Source of the DNA: Candidatus Poribacteria bacterium
GTDB lineage: Bacteria; Poribacteria; WGA-4E; WGA-3G
Reading direction: 5' to 3'
NCBI GenBank assembly: GCA_965197475.1
Contig: CBDANF010000003.1
Coordinates: 4,103,389-4,167,388 of the forward strand
Length of the DNA: 64,000 bases
Shown in pieces: positions 39,695 to 51,003 of this stretch (position 1 is the stretch's first letter; each line of letters starts with the position of its first letter). The position numbers were made by a program, and so were the translations under genes. Below the pieces are notes generated by a model that was not told the origin of the DNA, did no database searches, and was given only the letters and a program-made list of their open reading frames with translations.

Positions 39695-41110
39695 TTGGAT
39701 GCAAAACAGATATGTCTGTTTATCAATGATGAGATACCGAAGGAAAAATTATTTTCTGCAGAAAAACGGAACGTTCACCCCGATTGTAATACGTCTTGGA
39801 GAATCTCACCGGAACCGTTCTGGATTTCACAAGAGGAGTTGAATTGGTTTGAGGAACTCGGTCCCCATCTATTGAATTTTTATCGCGCCTGTAATCTACT
39901 CTATTCCCAAAGTGCAAGAGGCATTCAACCTGCTTGGGTAGCAGAATATTTAGATATTGGCAAACCAGAAACTGTCATCCAGCAGGGGCGAATGAACCGT
40001 TTCAAAAGCCAACTCCCAGGTGTCCTGCGACCCGATATTTTGCCTACTACCGACGACACGAAGGTGATTACAGAATTAGATTCTATACCTGGTTTTATCG
40101 GTGCTACAGGCTGTCTATCAAGATTATATACGAAACTCGGGTATTCCATCATTGGTGGTAAAGACGGCATGGTGAATGGATACGCTGAGATGATCCGTGT
40201 TTTGGCAAAGAAAGATGATCCTACACTTGCAATTGTCGTTTCTGATGAATCAGAAGATTATCGACCAGAGATGATATGGCTTGCTAATGCACTTTGTGAT
40301 ACCGGACTTAGAACTGTTGCTGTGAAACCTCACGAGATAATCTTTACCGAAGACAGACTTTTTATAGAGAGTGAAGATGTCAGAATGGATGTTGATGTCG
40401 TTTACCGTTTCTATGAGTTGTTTGATCTTCCCAACATTCCCAAAGCAGAGTTAATCTTCTATAGTGCGAAAAAACGCACCGTTGTGATGACACCACCCCC
40501 GAAGGCATACTTGGAAGAAAAATTGTGTCTTGCGCTCTTCCACCATCCATCACTCCAGTCATTTTGGCAACGTCAACTTGGAAAAAAAACCTATCCGTTT
40601 CTACAAAAAGCGATCCCACAGACATGGATCCTTGATCCGCGCCCTTTACCACCACATGCAGTGATTCCAAACTTAGAGATAGATAATGCTCCTGTAACGG
40701 ACTGGCGACAACTCAGCTCTGTAACGCAGCGACAGCGAGAATTGGTTATCAAACCTTCGGGGTTTTCGGAACTTGCATGGGGTAGCCGTGGCGTGAAAAT
40801 TGGACATGATCTTCCTACGGAAGAGTGGGAAGCCGCGATCGAAAATAGTCTTGCGAATTTTGCAAAAACACCGCATGTCCTACAGCAATTTCACACCGCT
40901 AAACGGGTACGAATGCAATACTACGATTTTGACGCTGAGGATGTTCAAGAGATGGCATGCCGTCCACTTCTCCGCCCATACTATTTTGTCACAGGCGATA
41001 CCGTGAAACTCGGTGGAATTCAGGCTGCTGTCTGTCCCGCAGATAAGAAAATTCTACACGGCATGGTGGATTCCATTATTGTGCCGTGTGCTAAAAGAAG
41101 GGATAAATGA
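39695..41110 (+). CDS. Hypothetical protein, probable circularly permuted (glutathionylspermidine synthase-like) ATP-grasp ligase
   Basis: LRPD..ITELDSIPG, VYRFYELFD, VIKPSGF..WGSRGV..G, VLQQF. Confidence 0.6.
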   Translation: MDAKQICLFINDEIPKEKLFSAEKRNVHPDCNTSWRISPEPFWISQEELNWFEELGPHLLNFYRACNLLYSQSARGIQPAWVAEYLDIGKPETVIQQGRMNRFKSQLPGVLRPDILPTTDDTKVITELDSIPGFIGATGCLSRLYTKLGYSIIGGKDGMVNGYAEMIRVLAKKDDPTLAIVVSDESEDYRPEMIWLANALCDTGLRTVAVKPHEIIFTEDRLFIESEDVRMDVDVVYRFYELFDLPNIPKAELIFYSAKKRTVVMTPPPKAYLEEKLCLALFHHPSLQSFWQRQLGKKTYPFLQKAIPQTWILDPRPLPPHAVIPNLEIDNAPVTDWRQLSSVTQRQRELVIKPSGFSELAWGSRGVKIGHDLPTEEWEAAIENSLANFAKTPHVLQQFHTAKRVRMQYYDFDAEDVQEMACRPLLRPYYFVTGDTVKLGGIQAAVCPADKKILHGMVDSIIVPCAKRRDK

Positions 41111-41160
41111 AGTGAGTTTGACAAATGATGTATGTTGGTTAAAGTGTCGTAAAACCTTGC

Positions 41161-41362
41161 ATGTGTCAATTTAGTGTACAGGTCAAGTTCAGCACGAATT
41201 GTCAGAACCAAGATTTACAAGATTATTGGATTTTCAGGATTATCCTTACGCTGTGCAGATACTCTCAATCATGGAAATCTGTAAATCCTGAGAATCCTGG
41301 TTCAGACAACGCAAACCGCTTAGTTACGATAAATTAAAATTCATTTTCTTAAATTGACACAT
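41161..41362. repeat. Nested MITE-like inverted repeats
   Basis: Outer IR atgtgtcaattta/taaattgacacat; inner IR ttgtcagaaccaagatt/aatcctggttcagacaa (41199-41309) with ~9-bp ggatt/aatcc periodic units. Confidence 0.65.
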
Positions 41363-41368
41363 AACACA

Positions 41369-42385
41369 CTAATTCTCAATTTTTATGTTTCCCCAGAACG
41401 TGAGAAATTTATCCAATGCTGCTACGTTCAGATTGCTTGGATTGAACTCCTCTACGGTAGGTAAAATTTTGGGACCAATCCCTTCAACAACACCTCCTAC
41501 AGCGTAGATTTTGTTGTTGACAGTTCCTGCTCCTAAGAAAACACGTGCCGTTGGCATATCTATGCTTTCTGCCCATGTGTCTGTTAATGGATCGTAAACC
41601 TCAACTGTTGTCAAACCGGGACCTTGCACAGCAGGTGCCCCACCAATTGCGTAGATTTTTGCATTGAGGACACTAACGGCAAGAGCGGTTCTGGGGATAG
41701 GCATATCTGCTTTTTGTGTCCATGTGTCTGTGTTTGGGTCATATTCTTCAACAGTTTTAACTACGGGGCCTTGCACTGCTGGAACTCCACCGATAAGGTA
41801 TATTTTATTCCTAAATTCCGCTGCAGCCATACCCGATCGGGGATTTGGCATATCTGCTTTTTGTGTCCATATGTCTGTGCTTGGATCGTATTCTTCAACA
41901 ACCGGTAACACAGGTCCGACATTTTGTGCAACCCCACCAAAGGTATAAATTTTACCTTCTACGGTAACAGCAGAGAAAAATGAACGTGGGGTAGGCATAT
42001 CTGCTTTTTGTGTCCATGTGTCAGTCTTTGGATCGTATTCTTCGACTGTGCCGAGAGCTGGATTTTGCCCGTCCCATCCGCCAATAGCATATATTTTCCC
42101 GCCGACTTCACAAGTAACAACACCTACCCTTGCAGATAACATACTCGCTTTCTTAACCCATTTATTTGTTTCAGGGACGTAAGCTTCAACGCTATCTATC
42201 GGATTACCAAGCGTCCCACCAATAACATATATTTCTTTGTCAACAACAGAAACCGAGAAAAATAGTCTCGGATTTACCATATCTGCTTTCTGCGTCCATT
42301 CTTGAGCGTTGGCACTGTTTATCAAAGTGAATACACTTATTATGCTTAATAGCCAACTCCATTGATAAATTGTGTGTTTTTTCAT
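41369..42385 (-). CDS. Secreted Kelch-repeat protein
   Basis: Signal peptide; six IYAIGG..VEEYDP..WTQKADMP repeats. Confidence 0.93.
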   Translation of the reverse strand: MKKHTIYQWSWLLSIISVFTLINSANAQEWTQKADMVNPRLFFSVSVVDKEIYVIGGTLGNPIDSVEAYVPETNKWVKKASMLSARVGVVTCEVGGKIYAIGGWDGQNPALGTVEEYDPKTDTWTQKADMPTPRSFFSAVTVEGKIYTFGGVAQNVGPVLPVVEEYDPSTDIWTQKADMPNPRSGMAAAEFRNKIYLIGGVPAVQGPVVKTVEEYDPNTDTWTQKADMPIPRTALAVSVLNAKIYAIGGAPAVQGPGLTTVEVYDPLTDTWAESIDMPTARVFLGAGTVNNKIYAVGGVVEGIGPKILPTVEEFNPSNLNVAALDKFLTFWGNIKIEN

Positions 42386-42416
42386 ATAATCCTCCTAATT
42401 TAACTTTACAATGTAT

Positions 42417-43025
42417 TCATGAGCAACGATAGATGCTAACTTCCATCCCGTCGCGTCTTCGCTGTCTTTGATTTTCCGCTTCGTTCCCGTCACGTCTTCT
42501 ACGTCGTCGGCTTTCAAACCAATGTGTTTCGGACTCGTAGTGTGAACGAACATGCTCCAGATAATCTGCCATTCGTTCCGCCCCCATGCCAACGTTATCT
42601 GCCACAATCGTCGCTGGGTTCGTTAGCCGCGATTTGATCGCTTGGAAGCACGCAAAATAACCATCTTTGTTGTTGTCAAGGAATAGAAAATCTACAGGGT
42701 CTTGAATTGTTTTGAGTACTTCTGCGGCATCCCCAATACGTGAATCGACAAGGTCTGCCACACCTGCCCTTTCAAAATTTTCGCGCGCCCGTTGTGCGTT
42801 GTTAGCGTCTATCTCTACCGTTATCAAACGTCCTGTGCCTAAAGTTTTCAAAACGCGTAACATCCACAATCCAGAGTAACCGATAGCAGTGCCACACTCT
42901 ACGATAAGAGATGGTTTTGCCTTTTCAACACAACTTGCCAGAAGTTTTGCCTTTTCAGGTCCCAACATCGGAATTCGTTCTTCTCGGCACTGTGTTTCAA
43001 CTTGTTCTAAAACTTGATCAAACAT
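42417..43025 (-). CDS. Class I SAM-dependent O-methyltransferase
   Basis: VECGTAIGYSG, FLFLD, IVADNV. Confidence 0.88.
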   Translation of the reverse strand: MFDQVLEQVETQCREERIPMLGPEKAKLLASCVEKAKPSLIVECGTAIGYSGLWMLRVLKTLGTGRLITVEIDANNAQRARENFERAGVADLVDSRIGDAAEVLKTIQDPVDFLFLDNNKDGYFACFQAIKSRLTNPATIVADNVGMGAERMADYLEHVRSHYESETHWFESRRRRRRDGNEAENQRQRRRDGMEVSIYRCS

Positions 43026-44452
43026 TAGTGTGTCTCCAAATTTTCTTTTTCTGACGGTTTAGCGATTCTATAATCAAAGAACTTATTGCTGGCTTTGTGA
43101 TGATCTGCCAGAGCGTAGTGTTCCAAGAGTGTCTTGGGACCGCGATTTAAGGCAAAAATGCCGTAGTCCTTTCCATTTGGTGAACGAGTGATTGTATGGA
43201 CATGGTTAAGAATAAGACCACCTGGACCATTGGGTGGACCTTCTCCATCGGGCGGACCCTGCCCATTTGGAGGACCTTGCCCATTAGGTGGTCCCTGTCC
43301 ATTGGGTGGACCTTGTCCATTCGGCGGACCCTGCCCATCGGGTCTATTGGGTGGTTCCTGTCCGTCGGGTCTATTGGGTGGTTCCTGTCCGTCGGGTGGA
43401 CCTTGCCCATCGGGTCTACCAGGCCCAAACCCTTCTTCATTGTTATATTCAATCCAGACAGCAGGGTTGAAAACGCGGTAGTAAATTGGATCGTTGGTGG
43501 TTGCGCCACCGATCCAGACGAAATAGGTATCCTCAAATCTCGCATCAATGTCAGCCATCCAGACATCTGCAAACTCAGTTTCAAGATTATAAACATACGT
43601 CTTAATGAGATTGCGTAAGTGTTCTTTTTGGGTGTTGTTCATCTCTGAAGCCTTCAAACCGATACCCTCAAAATCAGCATAATCATAATTTAGGTAAGGA
43701 TCGGTTGAATCACCGGGCCCCACCTGCAATCCACGGTCACCTATTTGAATTGCCACTTTCCTCTGAACCGCGTGAAGACTTTTGAATAAGGTAAATGCAC
43801 GCTCTCTCTCGGCTCCGAGTACTTCAGTGCCGTTGATGGTTGCAGGCTCAGCTCCGATAAACGCTGGAACGATAGAAACAACATCGTCTTGCATCAAAAA
43901 GTTGAGTGCCAAATGATGTCCATCTAACTGAAAACCCCACGATTCATCTGTCTCCGGATTGCCAAATAAAGCAATGTGGTAAGCATTCGGATCCCAAAGG
44001 CCAGGTCTGACATTACTCAGGAGCGTTTCAACGTCTTTTGTAATGAGAGAGACTTTTATATAGCCTTCGTCACTCAAGAAAACGTCCAAGAGTTCGTAGA
44101 AGAGTCTCAATTGCTTCTCAGACAGTTGACCAAAACTAATACCGCCTCGTTCGGACTGACTCGGCGGTAGATTGCTCCATGAATAGAATTCTTTGTCCTC
44201 AAGCGAAAACGAAATATCAGCGAGGAGTTTGTTACTCAACGACTTGCGAAAGTTTTGCATCGTGGTAGCTAAAGTAGTGATTACTTCATCATTAGCATCA
44301 TCTCCGACACGGTTTGTGTCATCTCCGACTATTTGTCCGACGCGACTTGCAGCATCTTTCGAGTCATCTCTGGTTATTTCATCGGTACGACAGCTGAGTC
44401 CTGCTACGAACAAAAACATTAAAAGCAGCGAACCCAGCATATAAAACTTCAT
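43025..44452 (-). CDS. DUF3500-family lipoprotein with G/P/Q-rich repeat insertion
   Basis: WSNLP, FGNP..WGFQLDGHHLALN, TYFVWIG..YYRV..P.VWIEY, HVHTITRSPNGKDYG; lipobox GLSC. Confidence 0.8.
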   Translation of the reverse strand: MKFYMLGSLLLMFLFVAGLSCRTDEITRDDSKDAASRVGQIVGDDTNRVGDDANDEVITTLATTMQNFRKSLSNKLLADISFSLEDKEFYSWSNLPPSQSERGGISFGQLSEKQLRLFYELLDVFLSDEGYIKVSLITKDVETLLSNVRPGLWDPNAYHIALFGNPETDESWGFQLDGHHLALNFLMQDDVVSIVPAFIGAEPATINGTEVLGAERERAFTLFKSLHAVQRKVAIQIGDRGLQVGPGDSTDPYLNYDYADFEGIGLKASEMNNTQKEHLRNLIKTYVYNLETEFADVWMADIDARFEDTYFVWIGGATTNDPIYYRVFNPAVWIEYNNEEGFGPGRPDGQGPPDGQEPPNRPDGQEPPNRPDGQGPPNGQGPPNGQGPPNGQGPPNGQGPPDGEGPPNGPGGLILNHVHTITRSPNGKDYGIFALNRGPKTLLEHYALADHHKASNKFFDYRIAKPSEKENLETH

Positions 44453-44624
44453 AAAATTATTTCCTTTTTCTGATTTATTGGATTTGAAAATTCGATTGAA
44501 CCAAAACAGATTAGGTTCAATCTTTCTCTTTTAATATTAACATATTGAAGTTGGGTTTTGTAGAATATAGATATGACAAACCAGGAACAGCCATATATTA
44601 TAGACGAAATGCCATGAGCAATGT

Positions 44625-45833
44625 TTAGTGGGAATGATCGATATGAGAATGGTGAGATAATCTCGCTTGAAATTCTACAATTTTGTAATCAAACAAATTA
44701 CCACTTAACTCATGATGGTCTGCCAAAAAGTAGTGTTCCAAGAGTGTCTTAGGACCGCGATTTAAGGCAAAAATACCGTAGTCTTTGCCGTTTGGTGAAC
44801 GGATAATCGTATGGATATGATTCGGACCATTACCGATTCTGCCTTCGTCGTTGAATTCAATCCAGACTGCGGGGTTGAAGACACGATAGTAAATCGAATC
44901 GTTTTCAGTTGTGCCACCGATCCAAACGAAATAGGTATCGTCAAGTCCAGCATCAATATCTTTCATCCAGACATCAGCAAACTCGGTTTCAAGATTGTAG
45001 ACGTAAGTTTTAATCAGTTTTCGGATATTCTCTTTTTGCGCATCGTTCATCTCTGATGCCTTTAAACCCACGCCCACAAAATCGGAATAATCGTAATTCA
45101 GGAAAGGGTCGGTTGACCTGCCGGGCCCAGCTTTAAGTCCGCGACGACCACCTGTTTGTATCGTCTTCTCTTTCTGGTTCGCGTCAAGACTATTGAGTAA
45201 GGCTAATGCGTTGCCTCTTTCGCCTTCAAGTACTACAGTGCCGTTGATGGTTGTTGGTTGCGTTCCGATATGGGCAGGGACGATAGAGACTTCATCGCCG
45301 TGCACCAAAAAGTTGAGTGCCAAATGATGTCCATCCAACTGGAATCCCCACGACCCATCTGTCTCTGGATTTCCAAATAATGCGATATAGTAGGGGCGTG
45401 AATCCCAAAAATCGGGTTTAATTTTGCTGAGAGGTGTTTCAGATTTTTTGGTAATCAGAGAAACTTTAGTGTAACCTTCATCACTCAAGAACACATCCAA
45501 AACTTTATGGAAACGAGCCAATTGATCTACGGACAACTTACCGAAATCAATACCCCCACGATCATCGCCCATAGTTGCCGGTAAATTCGACCATGAATAC
45601 GATTCTTTATGTCCAAGTGGAAAAGAAGCATCGGCAAGCAGTTCCTCGCTCAGTGATTCGCGAAAACTTTTCATGGCTGTCGCTAATGCTACAATGGACG
45701 GTTTTTTTGATATTTCAGCGATTTCTTCTGTTTTTTCTGCTTCAACTTTAGCGGTATCAATAATGTTGAGAGTGAGTGCTACGATACACGCTGTTGACAT
45801 TATGATGAGGATAAGTAAAATTTTCCGTAACAT
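44625..45833 (-). CDS. DUF3500-family secreted protein (tandem paralogue)
   Basis: Same motifs as the neighbouring gene, with identical nucleotide blocks. Confidence 0.8.
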   Translation of the reverse strand: MLRKILLILIIMSTACIVALTLNIIDTAKVEAEKTEEIAEISKKPSIVALATAMKSFRESLSEELLADASFPLGHKESYSWSNLPATMGDDRGGIDFGKLSVDQLARFHKVLDVFLSDEGYTKVSLITKKSETPLSKIKPDFWDSRPYYIALFGNPETDGSWGFQLDGHHLALNFLVHGDEVSIVPAHIGTQPTTINGTVVLEGERGNALALLNSLDANQKEKTIQTGGRRGLKAGPGRSTDPFLNYDYSDFVGVGLKASEMNDAQKENIRKLIKTYVYNLETEFADVWMKDIDAGLDDTYFVWIGGTTENDSIYYRVFNPAVWIEFNDEGRIGNGPNHIHTIIRSPNGKDYGIFALNRGPKTLLEHYFLADHHELSGNLFDYKIVEFQARLSHHSHIDHSH

Positions 45834-47305
45834 TAAATTCCTTTCAAATTTTATTGTAAAGCATATAATTATTGATACATTTGCCCAATGACATTTTCAA
45901 ACTTACTGCGTGAATGTAAAAGGCACCAAATGCCACACGCCAAATCAGTGCCGAGCGCGCGTATGGCACTCGTCGCATTTGGAGTTGATTTGGCAATGAA
46001 TCACGCGACTACAAAAACCACAACTCCAAAATTATGTCTATTTATTTTTATGTTTCGCTATATTTTGATAAACCTAAAACATTCGTTAATTTTAGTCTTT
46101 TTAAGTTTAGAAAAGTTCGTAATTTCTTGAAAAATTTTCAATAGAAGGATTATTAAATCTATCTCATAGCCTCCATTGTGCAAAGGTTCGACGACTGCGG
46201 ACAAATCATGTGACGCTTGGTTCGCGTATTTGATCTATCTTGTAAAACTGATGCCTCCAAAAAGAAAAGCGGACAAAAAACCGAAGTTGATCGTCCGCTT
46301 TTTGGTAGTTCAGTTAGAATATCGCAATATTGCTGTGTTAACGCCTTGATTTTAATTGTGCCCACCGTGTGGTAAATCGATTCTGGGCAGAGATCAATCC
46401 TTTCAAACGGGTTGTAGTTAGCGTTTGACGTTTGCCAGCATAAGATACATCTTCAATCCGATAGTAATACTCAACATTCGGTTTAGCAGTTGTGTCTGTC
46501 CATGTGTAGGTGTTGCGTTCGCCTGTGGTGCCGGCACCTCGGATGAGTTTCGGGTTGACTTTCACAAACGGACCCTGCTTGGATTGACTTCGCAGGACAT
46601 TGAACCCCGCATTATCTATTTCAGATTCAGTAATCCAACTTAGAATTATTTGTCCGTTTTTATTTAGCTGAGGACTAAACGAAGATAGCGTAACAGGTAA
46701 TGTATCATCTTCTGTTCTATATCCTGGAGTTCCTATATCCGAATATCTACCGTAATAATGTTGAACCCTATTTTCAATCAGGCGTTTAACTTTCTCAGCA
46801 GGGAACCATCCGAATTCTTTTATTCCAAAAGTAAAATTATATGCTTGTAATCGAACAGATTTCAGCCTTCTCATCAAAGAAATTCTTTTATTCCGAACAA
46901 GCATAGGTATTTCCCAAACGATTTCGCCTTTTTCGTTTAGATTGCCAATACGATCTATAGCATTACCTTCCACATCTTGTAATTCTAATACCAATCCTTT
47001 ATAATTCCAGAAGTTTTTAAGTTCCGATTGTAAAGTATAAACTTTATCTGCTAAACCTTTAGAGATTCTATCCCTGGAATTTGGCATTGCAAAACTTACT
47101 ATTAAAACTGTTTCTTTACCTTTTATCGTAAAATATTTTGAAATAACCTGAGATTCTAATATGTTAATTGTATCTGAATCATCTAAATATCTACCGACAA
47201 TTTTCCATTCATTAATATTAATGTCTTGATCTGTTGTATTACATAATTCTACCCATTGAGGATATTTACCAAGACGAGTTAACATAAGCTCACTAAATAC
47301 AACTT

Positions 47306-48291
47306 CGCTCATGTCAAGAGTAAGTGCTTTTGACAAGTTTTGCTATAAAATCAACACTGACAGCTTTTAGATTCATGACGAACTCACAGATTGCGACGTA
47401 ACCGGCGAGGAACTTTTTATGAACGCCACGAAAGGGACGAAGGAAGTTTCGCAGCGTCGTCCAGGCACCTTCAATCGTCCTTGTATGGATCTCGTAAAGA
47501 CCATCACCGTCTGCGTCTCTTGCCCACTCGCCATCCTTATGGAGAACAATCTCACGGGCGCGCTGAATACGGTTATAGCCACGCCAACCATCCGTATACA
47601 CCGTTGAAGTCGGCAACGTCCACTGATGAACGTGTGTTGAAAGCGTCGCAGAATCGGTGTGCCGCACAACACGTAATCTCAGGAGACCGCTTTCGCGACC
47701 TTTCGTCCCAACAATAGGCGGACGATCATTGTCATAAGTCCCATGTCCCCTGCGTTTATTGCCACGCCGACGCGGCGGATCCGAAGCATCAACGTGCTTA
47801 TCGCCTTTTTCACCGGCGTTTTGAAACATCTCATCTGTTTCGACTTCAGCATCAGGTAAAGCAGCTTCGGGTTGTATCTGCTCTGCCGAAGTTTGGAGTT
47901 TACGTCTTATAGAAAGAACGGTTTGACGACTTAGACCCAGTTCACACCCGAGTTGTGCACTTGAAACACCTTGACAGACACCGCGCAAAAGCAGAACGAC
48001 CTGTGAGGGACGAAACTGCGTGCCAGCAAAGACCGTCCCGGTATAGAGGTTGTAGATGCTCTCACAGTGTTTGCAGCGATACACTTGTAGACCACTTGTT
48101 TCAGTCGGACGGAACTTGCGTGCCTCCGCCACGCTCGCTTGGCATTTTGGGCAACACAGCCCTTGAGGGTGGAAATGATCCAACACCCACGCTTGAGTTT
48201 TTTCTTCATCCAGGAGAGATTGTATTGGAAAGTCCATAGGTAACACGCTAACATAACTTTGAAAAAATAGCACTTACTTTTTACATGAGCC
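47306..48291 (-). mobile_element. IS1595-family element 3 (transposase 47314-48237) with perfect 8-bp TSD
   Basis: IRs (c/g)gctcatgt.aa.agtaagtgct; TSD tacaactt on both sides; CPKC..CKHC, VETDEMF, YTDGW, TIEGAW. Confidence 0.93.
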
Positions 48292-48339
48292 TACAACTTT
48301 ACCAACACCTTCCTTTTCATAATCAAAAGGAATTATAGT

Positions 48340-48730
48340 ATAATTCGGCTCAGGTTGTGCATCTGGCTCAGATTGCTGTTGCCCTTGTTCTTCCTGTTCC
48401 TGCTGTGGTAGAGGCTCTTGTTGTTGCTTTGGAGTATCTGTATCAGATCCATCTACTGGTTCTTGTTGTTGCTGTGAAGGCGGTTCCGGTTGTGCATCTG
48501 GCTCAGATTGCTGTTGCCTTTCCTGTTCCTGCTGCGGTGGAGGTTCTTGTTGTTGCTGTGTAATATCTGTATCAGATCCATCTACTGGTTCTTGTTGTTG
48601 CTGTGAAGGCGGTTCCGGCTGTGCATCTGGCTCAGATTGCTGTTGCCTTTCCTGTTCCTGCTGCAATGGTTGTTCTTGTTCTTGCGGATCTTCTTGCTGT
48701 TGCTGCGTTTCTTGTTGCTGTTGTGGAGGA
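48340..48730 (-). repeat. 129-bp (43-aa) Gln/Pro/Glu-rich tandem repeat
   Basis: QQEQERQQQSEPDAQPEPPSQQQQEPVDGSDTD x2 plus a partial third copy. Confidence 0.9.
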
Positions 48731-49223
48731 AGTGTGGTTTCTATAACCGTTAAGGTAAAAGGCTCCGTGCTCTCTATTCCAATATACCTTGAATGCACTA
48801 CTCTTGCATGCACAGAAATGCGGTACGTGCCAGTTTTAGATCCGGTAGTAAGTGTTGTGGATGCCTTGCCATCAGCATTAGTTGTTGTCTCCAAGGTTTC
48901 GTAACCATATTTGTTAGAGCCATTTGCAAAATTACCGCTCCCCGAAGTAAGTTCAAAACGCACATCGACTCCAGAGAGTTTTTGATGTTTGTAATTGACT
49001 ACCTCAATGACAAATGGCTGCAGCGTCGTGCTAGTGGTTGCTGTCTGGTTGTCCCCTGAAACCTTCTTCAAGAATGTGGTCGTGAAAGTAACACTTATAT
49101 TCCTATCAAAAAACAGTGTTGGAAAGTAGACATTAACAGAATCATCGTCTAATGGGTTTCCCTCCAAGTTTACATTGATAGAATATGGGTTATTGACACT
49201 GGTCAATTCGGTGTGATCTATTA

Positions 49224-50130
49224 TAGTAGATCCTGAAAATAAGTTTACATTTTCTGTGATTTATGTTAGCCTTTATGATTATGGCATATTCAACAGATGG
49301 ACGCAAACGCGTGCTTGATTTCATCAATAATGGTGGCAGTAAAGCCGCCGCAGAACGCACCTTCGGTGTCTCAAGAAGGACGATCTATAACTGGTTAGAA
49401 GCAGAAGACCCCTTTGCCTATGAGAAGCCGGGTCCCAAAGGGCCCCGACACATTGATTATGATGTGCTTCAACAACATGTTGCCGATTTTCCCGATAGCA
49501 CACTCGCCGAACGTGCCAAACACTTCGGTGTTTCAACAAACGGCATCTTTTATGCCTTGGCAAAACTCAATATCACGCGAAAAAAAAGACCACGACCTAC
49601 AAAGAACAGTGTCCGGTAAAACGCCAAGAGTATCTCTCGGCACTTCAACAAGAGACACACGAGCATGGCAAAAAACCGGTTTATCTTGACGAAAGTGGTT
49701 TCACCGAAACCGATTTCCGTCGGTATGCTTATGCCCGAAAGGTGTCCGTGTTGAAGATAAAGTGCCAAGTCATCGGTATACCACCACAACCTTGATTGCG
49801 GCACGTCTTGATGGATGTTTCACAGTGCCTGTGCTTTTCGAAGGTAGTTGCGATGCGGTTGCCTTCAACGCATGGCTTTCGGAGATGTTATGTCCTTTGC
49901 TTGACGACAGCCACGTTGTGATTATGGATAATGCCTCTTTCCACAAAGGTTCACAAACAGAAGCATTGATCCGGGAATGCGGTGCGAGTTTGTTGTTTTT
50001 ACCGCCGTATTCACCGGAGTTGAATCCGATTGAGAAAGATTTCGCTAACATCAAGCGAATACGTCAATACAACGCTGAGACCTCTATTGATGATATTATA
50101 AAAGTGTATAAGTAATTACAGGTTTTACTA
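49224..50130 (+). mobile_element. IS630-family element, TA target duplication, split transposase
   Basis: Ends TA|tagtagatcctg and caggttttacta|TA; HTH ORF, A8G slippery site near 49580, YLDESG, MDNASFH, LPPYSPELNPIE; extra frameshift near 49736. Confidence 0.92.
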
Positions 50131-51003
50131 TAAAGGCATTATATTGGTTATTTGGTTGTAATGAAAATATAGTGCATACGTCAAACTTAGGTCTGGTAAA
50201 CCATCCAGACTTGTAAGATTGTTGTATGAAATGTTCATACTCTGTAGAGCAGTTATGTTGGAGAGTGGTGAAAGGTCTGATATCTGGTTATTTTCAAGGT
50301 GTAGATGTTCCAAACCGGTTAAATTAGATAAAGGTGAAAGATCTGATATTGAGTTCCACTCAAGATACACATATTGTAGACTGGTTGCATATTCGAGTCC
50401 TGTCAAATCGCTAATATTCCTTTTGCTTGCGAGAAAGATTTTGAAACTCTCATCTCCCATTTCTGCTTGGGTGATTGTATCTCCAGCGGTTTTTCCGAGT
50501 GCTGTTTCCATCGCAGCACGTAGACCAGGATCGGGAATGTTCACAGGTTGTGCTATTGCTTCAGATAGAAACGATAATAAGATCAACAAATAAATTAACA
50601 AAATTATAGAATAAAAAATAAATTGTTTTTTCACGAATACACATTTCTCCGACATAAAACTAAAGTTACCTCCTAAGTAGAAATACTAACCGTAAGACTG
50701 TATTAAGTCTAATATAATTGATAACGAATCATATTAACAATAGTTTCCTATTATGGCTAATTATACTCAAGTTTACCTCATAAGTCAAATTAAATCTGTA
50801 AAAAACTAAATTTGCTTGAAAAACACATAATACTATGGATTATCAATTTCCGAATTCAAGGATCGACTTTTGTTTGCAAAATATCTATGGCAAAAACATG
50901 TGAAACATGATACACTTATTCCAGATGTTTAGATTTCGCATCCTGACAATTGCTAAATCTTTATGAACTCCAATCAAATAAAAAGTAGGAAAGATAGTTT
51001 GAT

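Larger units (their letters stand above)
46338..50655 (-). pseudogene. Secreted LRR / Ig-like (Big_1) / Q-P repeat / lamin-tail-like protein disrupted by IS630 and IS1595
   Basis: VNIPDPGLRAA LRR cap, internalin-type LRRs, SGDNQT..TTNADGKA, PQWVELCN, LPVTLSSF; removing both IS restores an 804-aa frame. Confidence 0.88.

Noticed and set aside
43188-43618. Plus-strand ORFs with GGPCP / WTLPI repeats; collagen-like domain
   Set aside because: Shadow frames of the DUF3500 repeat; GPPNGQ does not keep Gly at every third residue.
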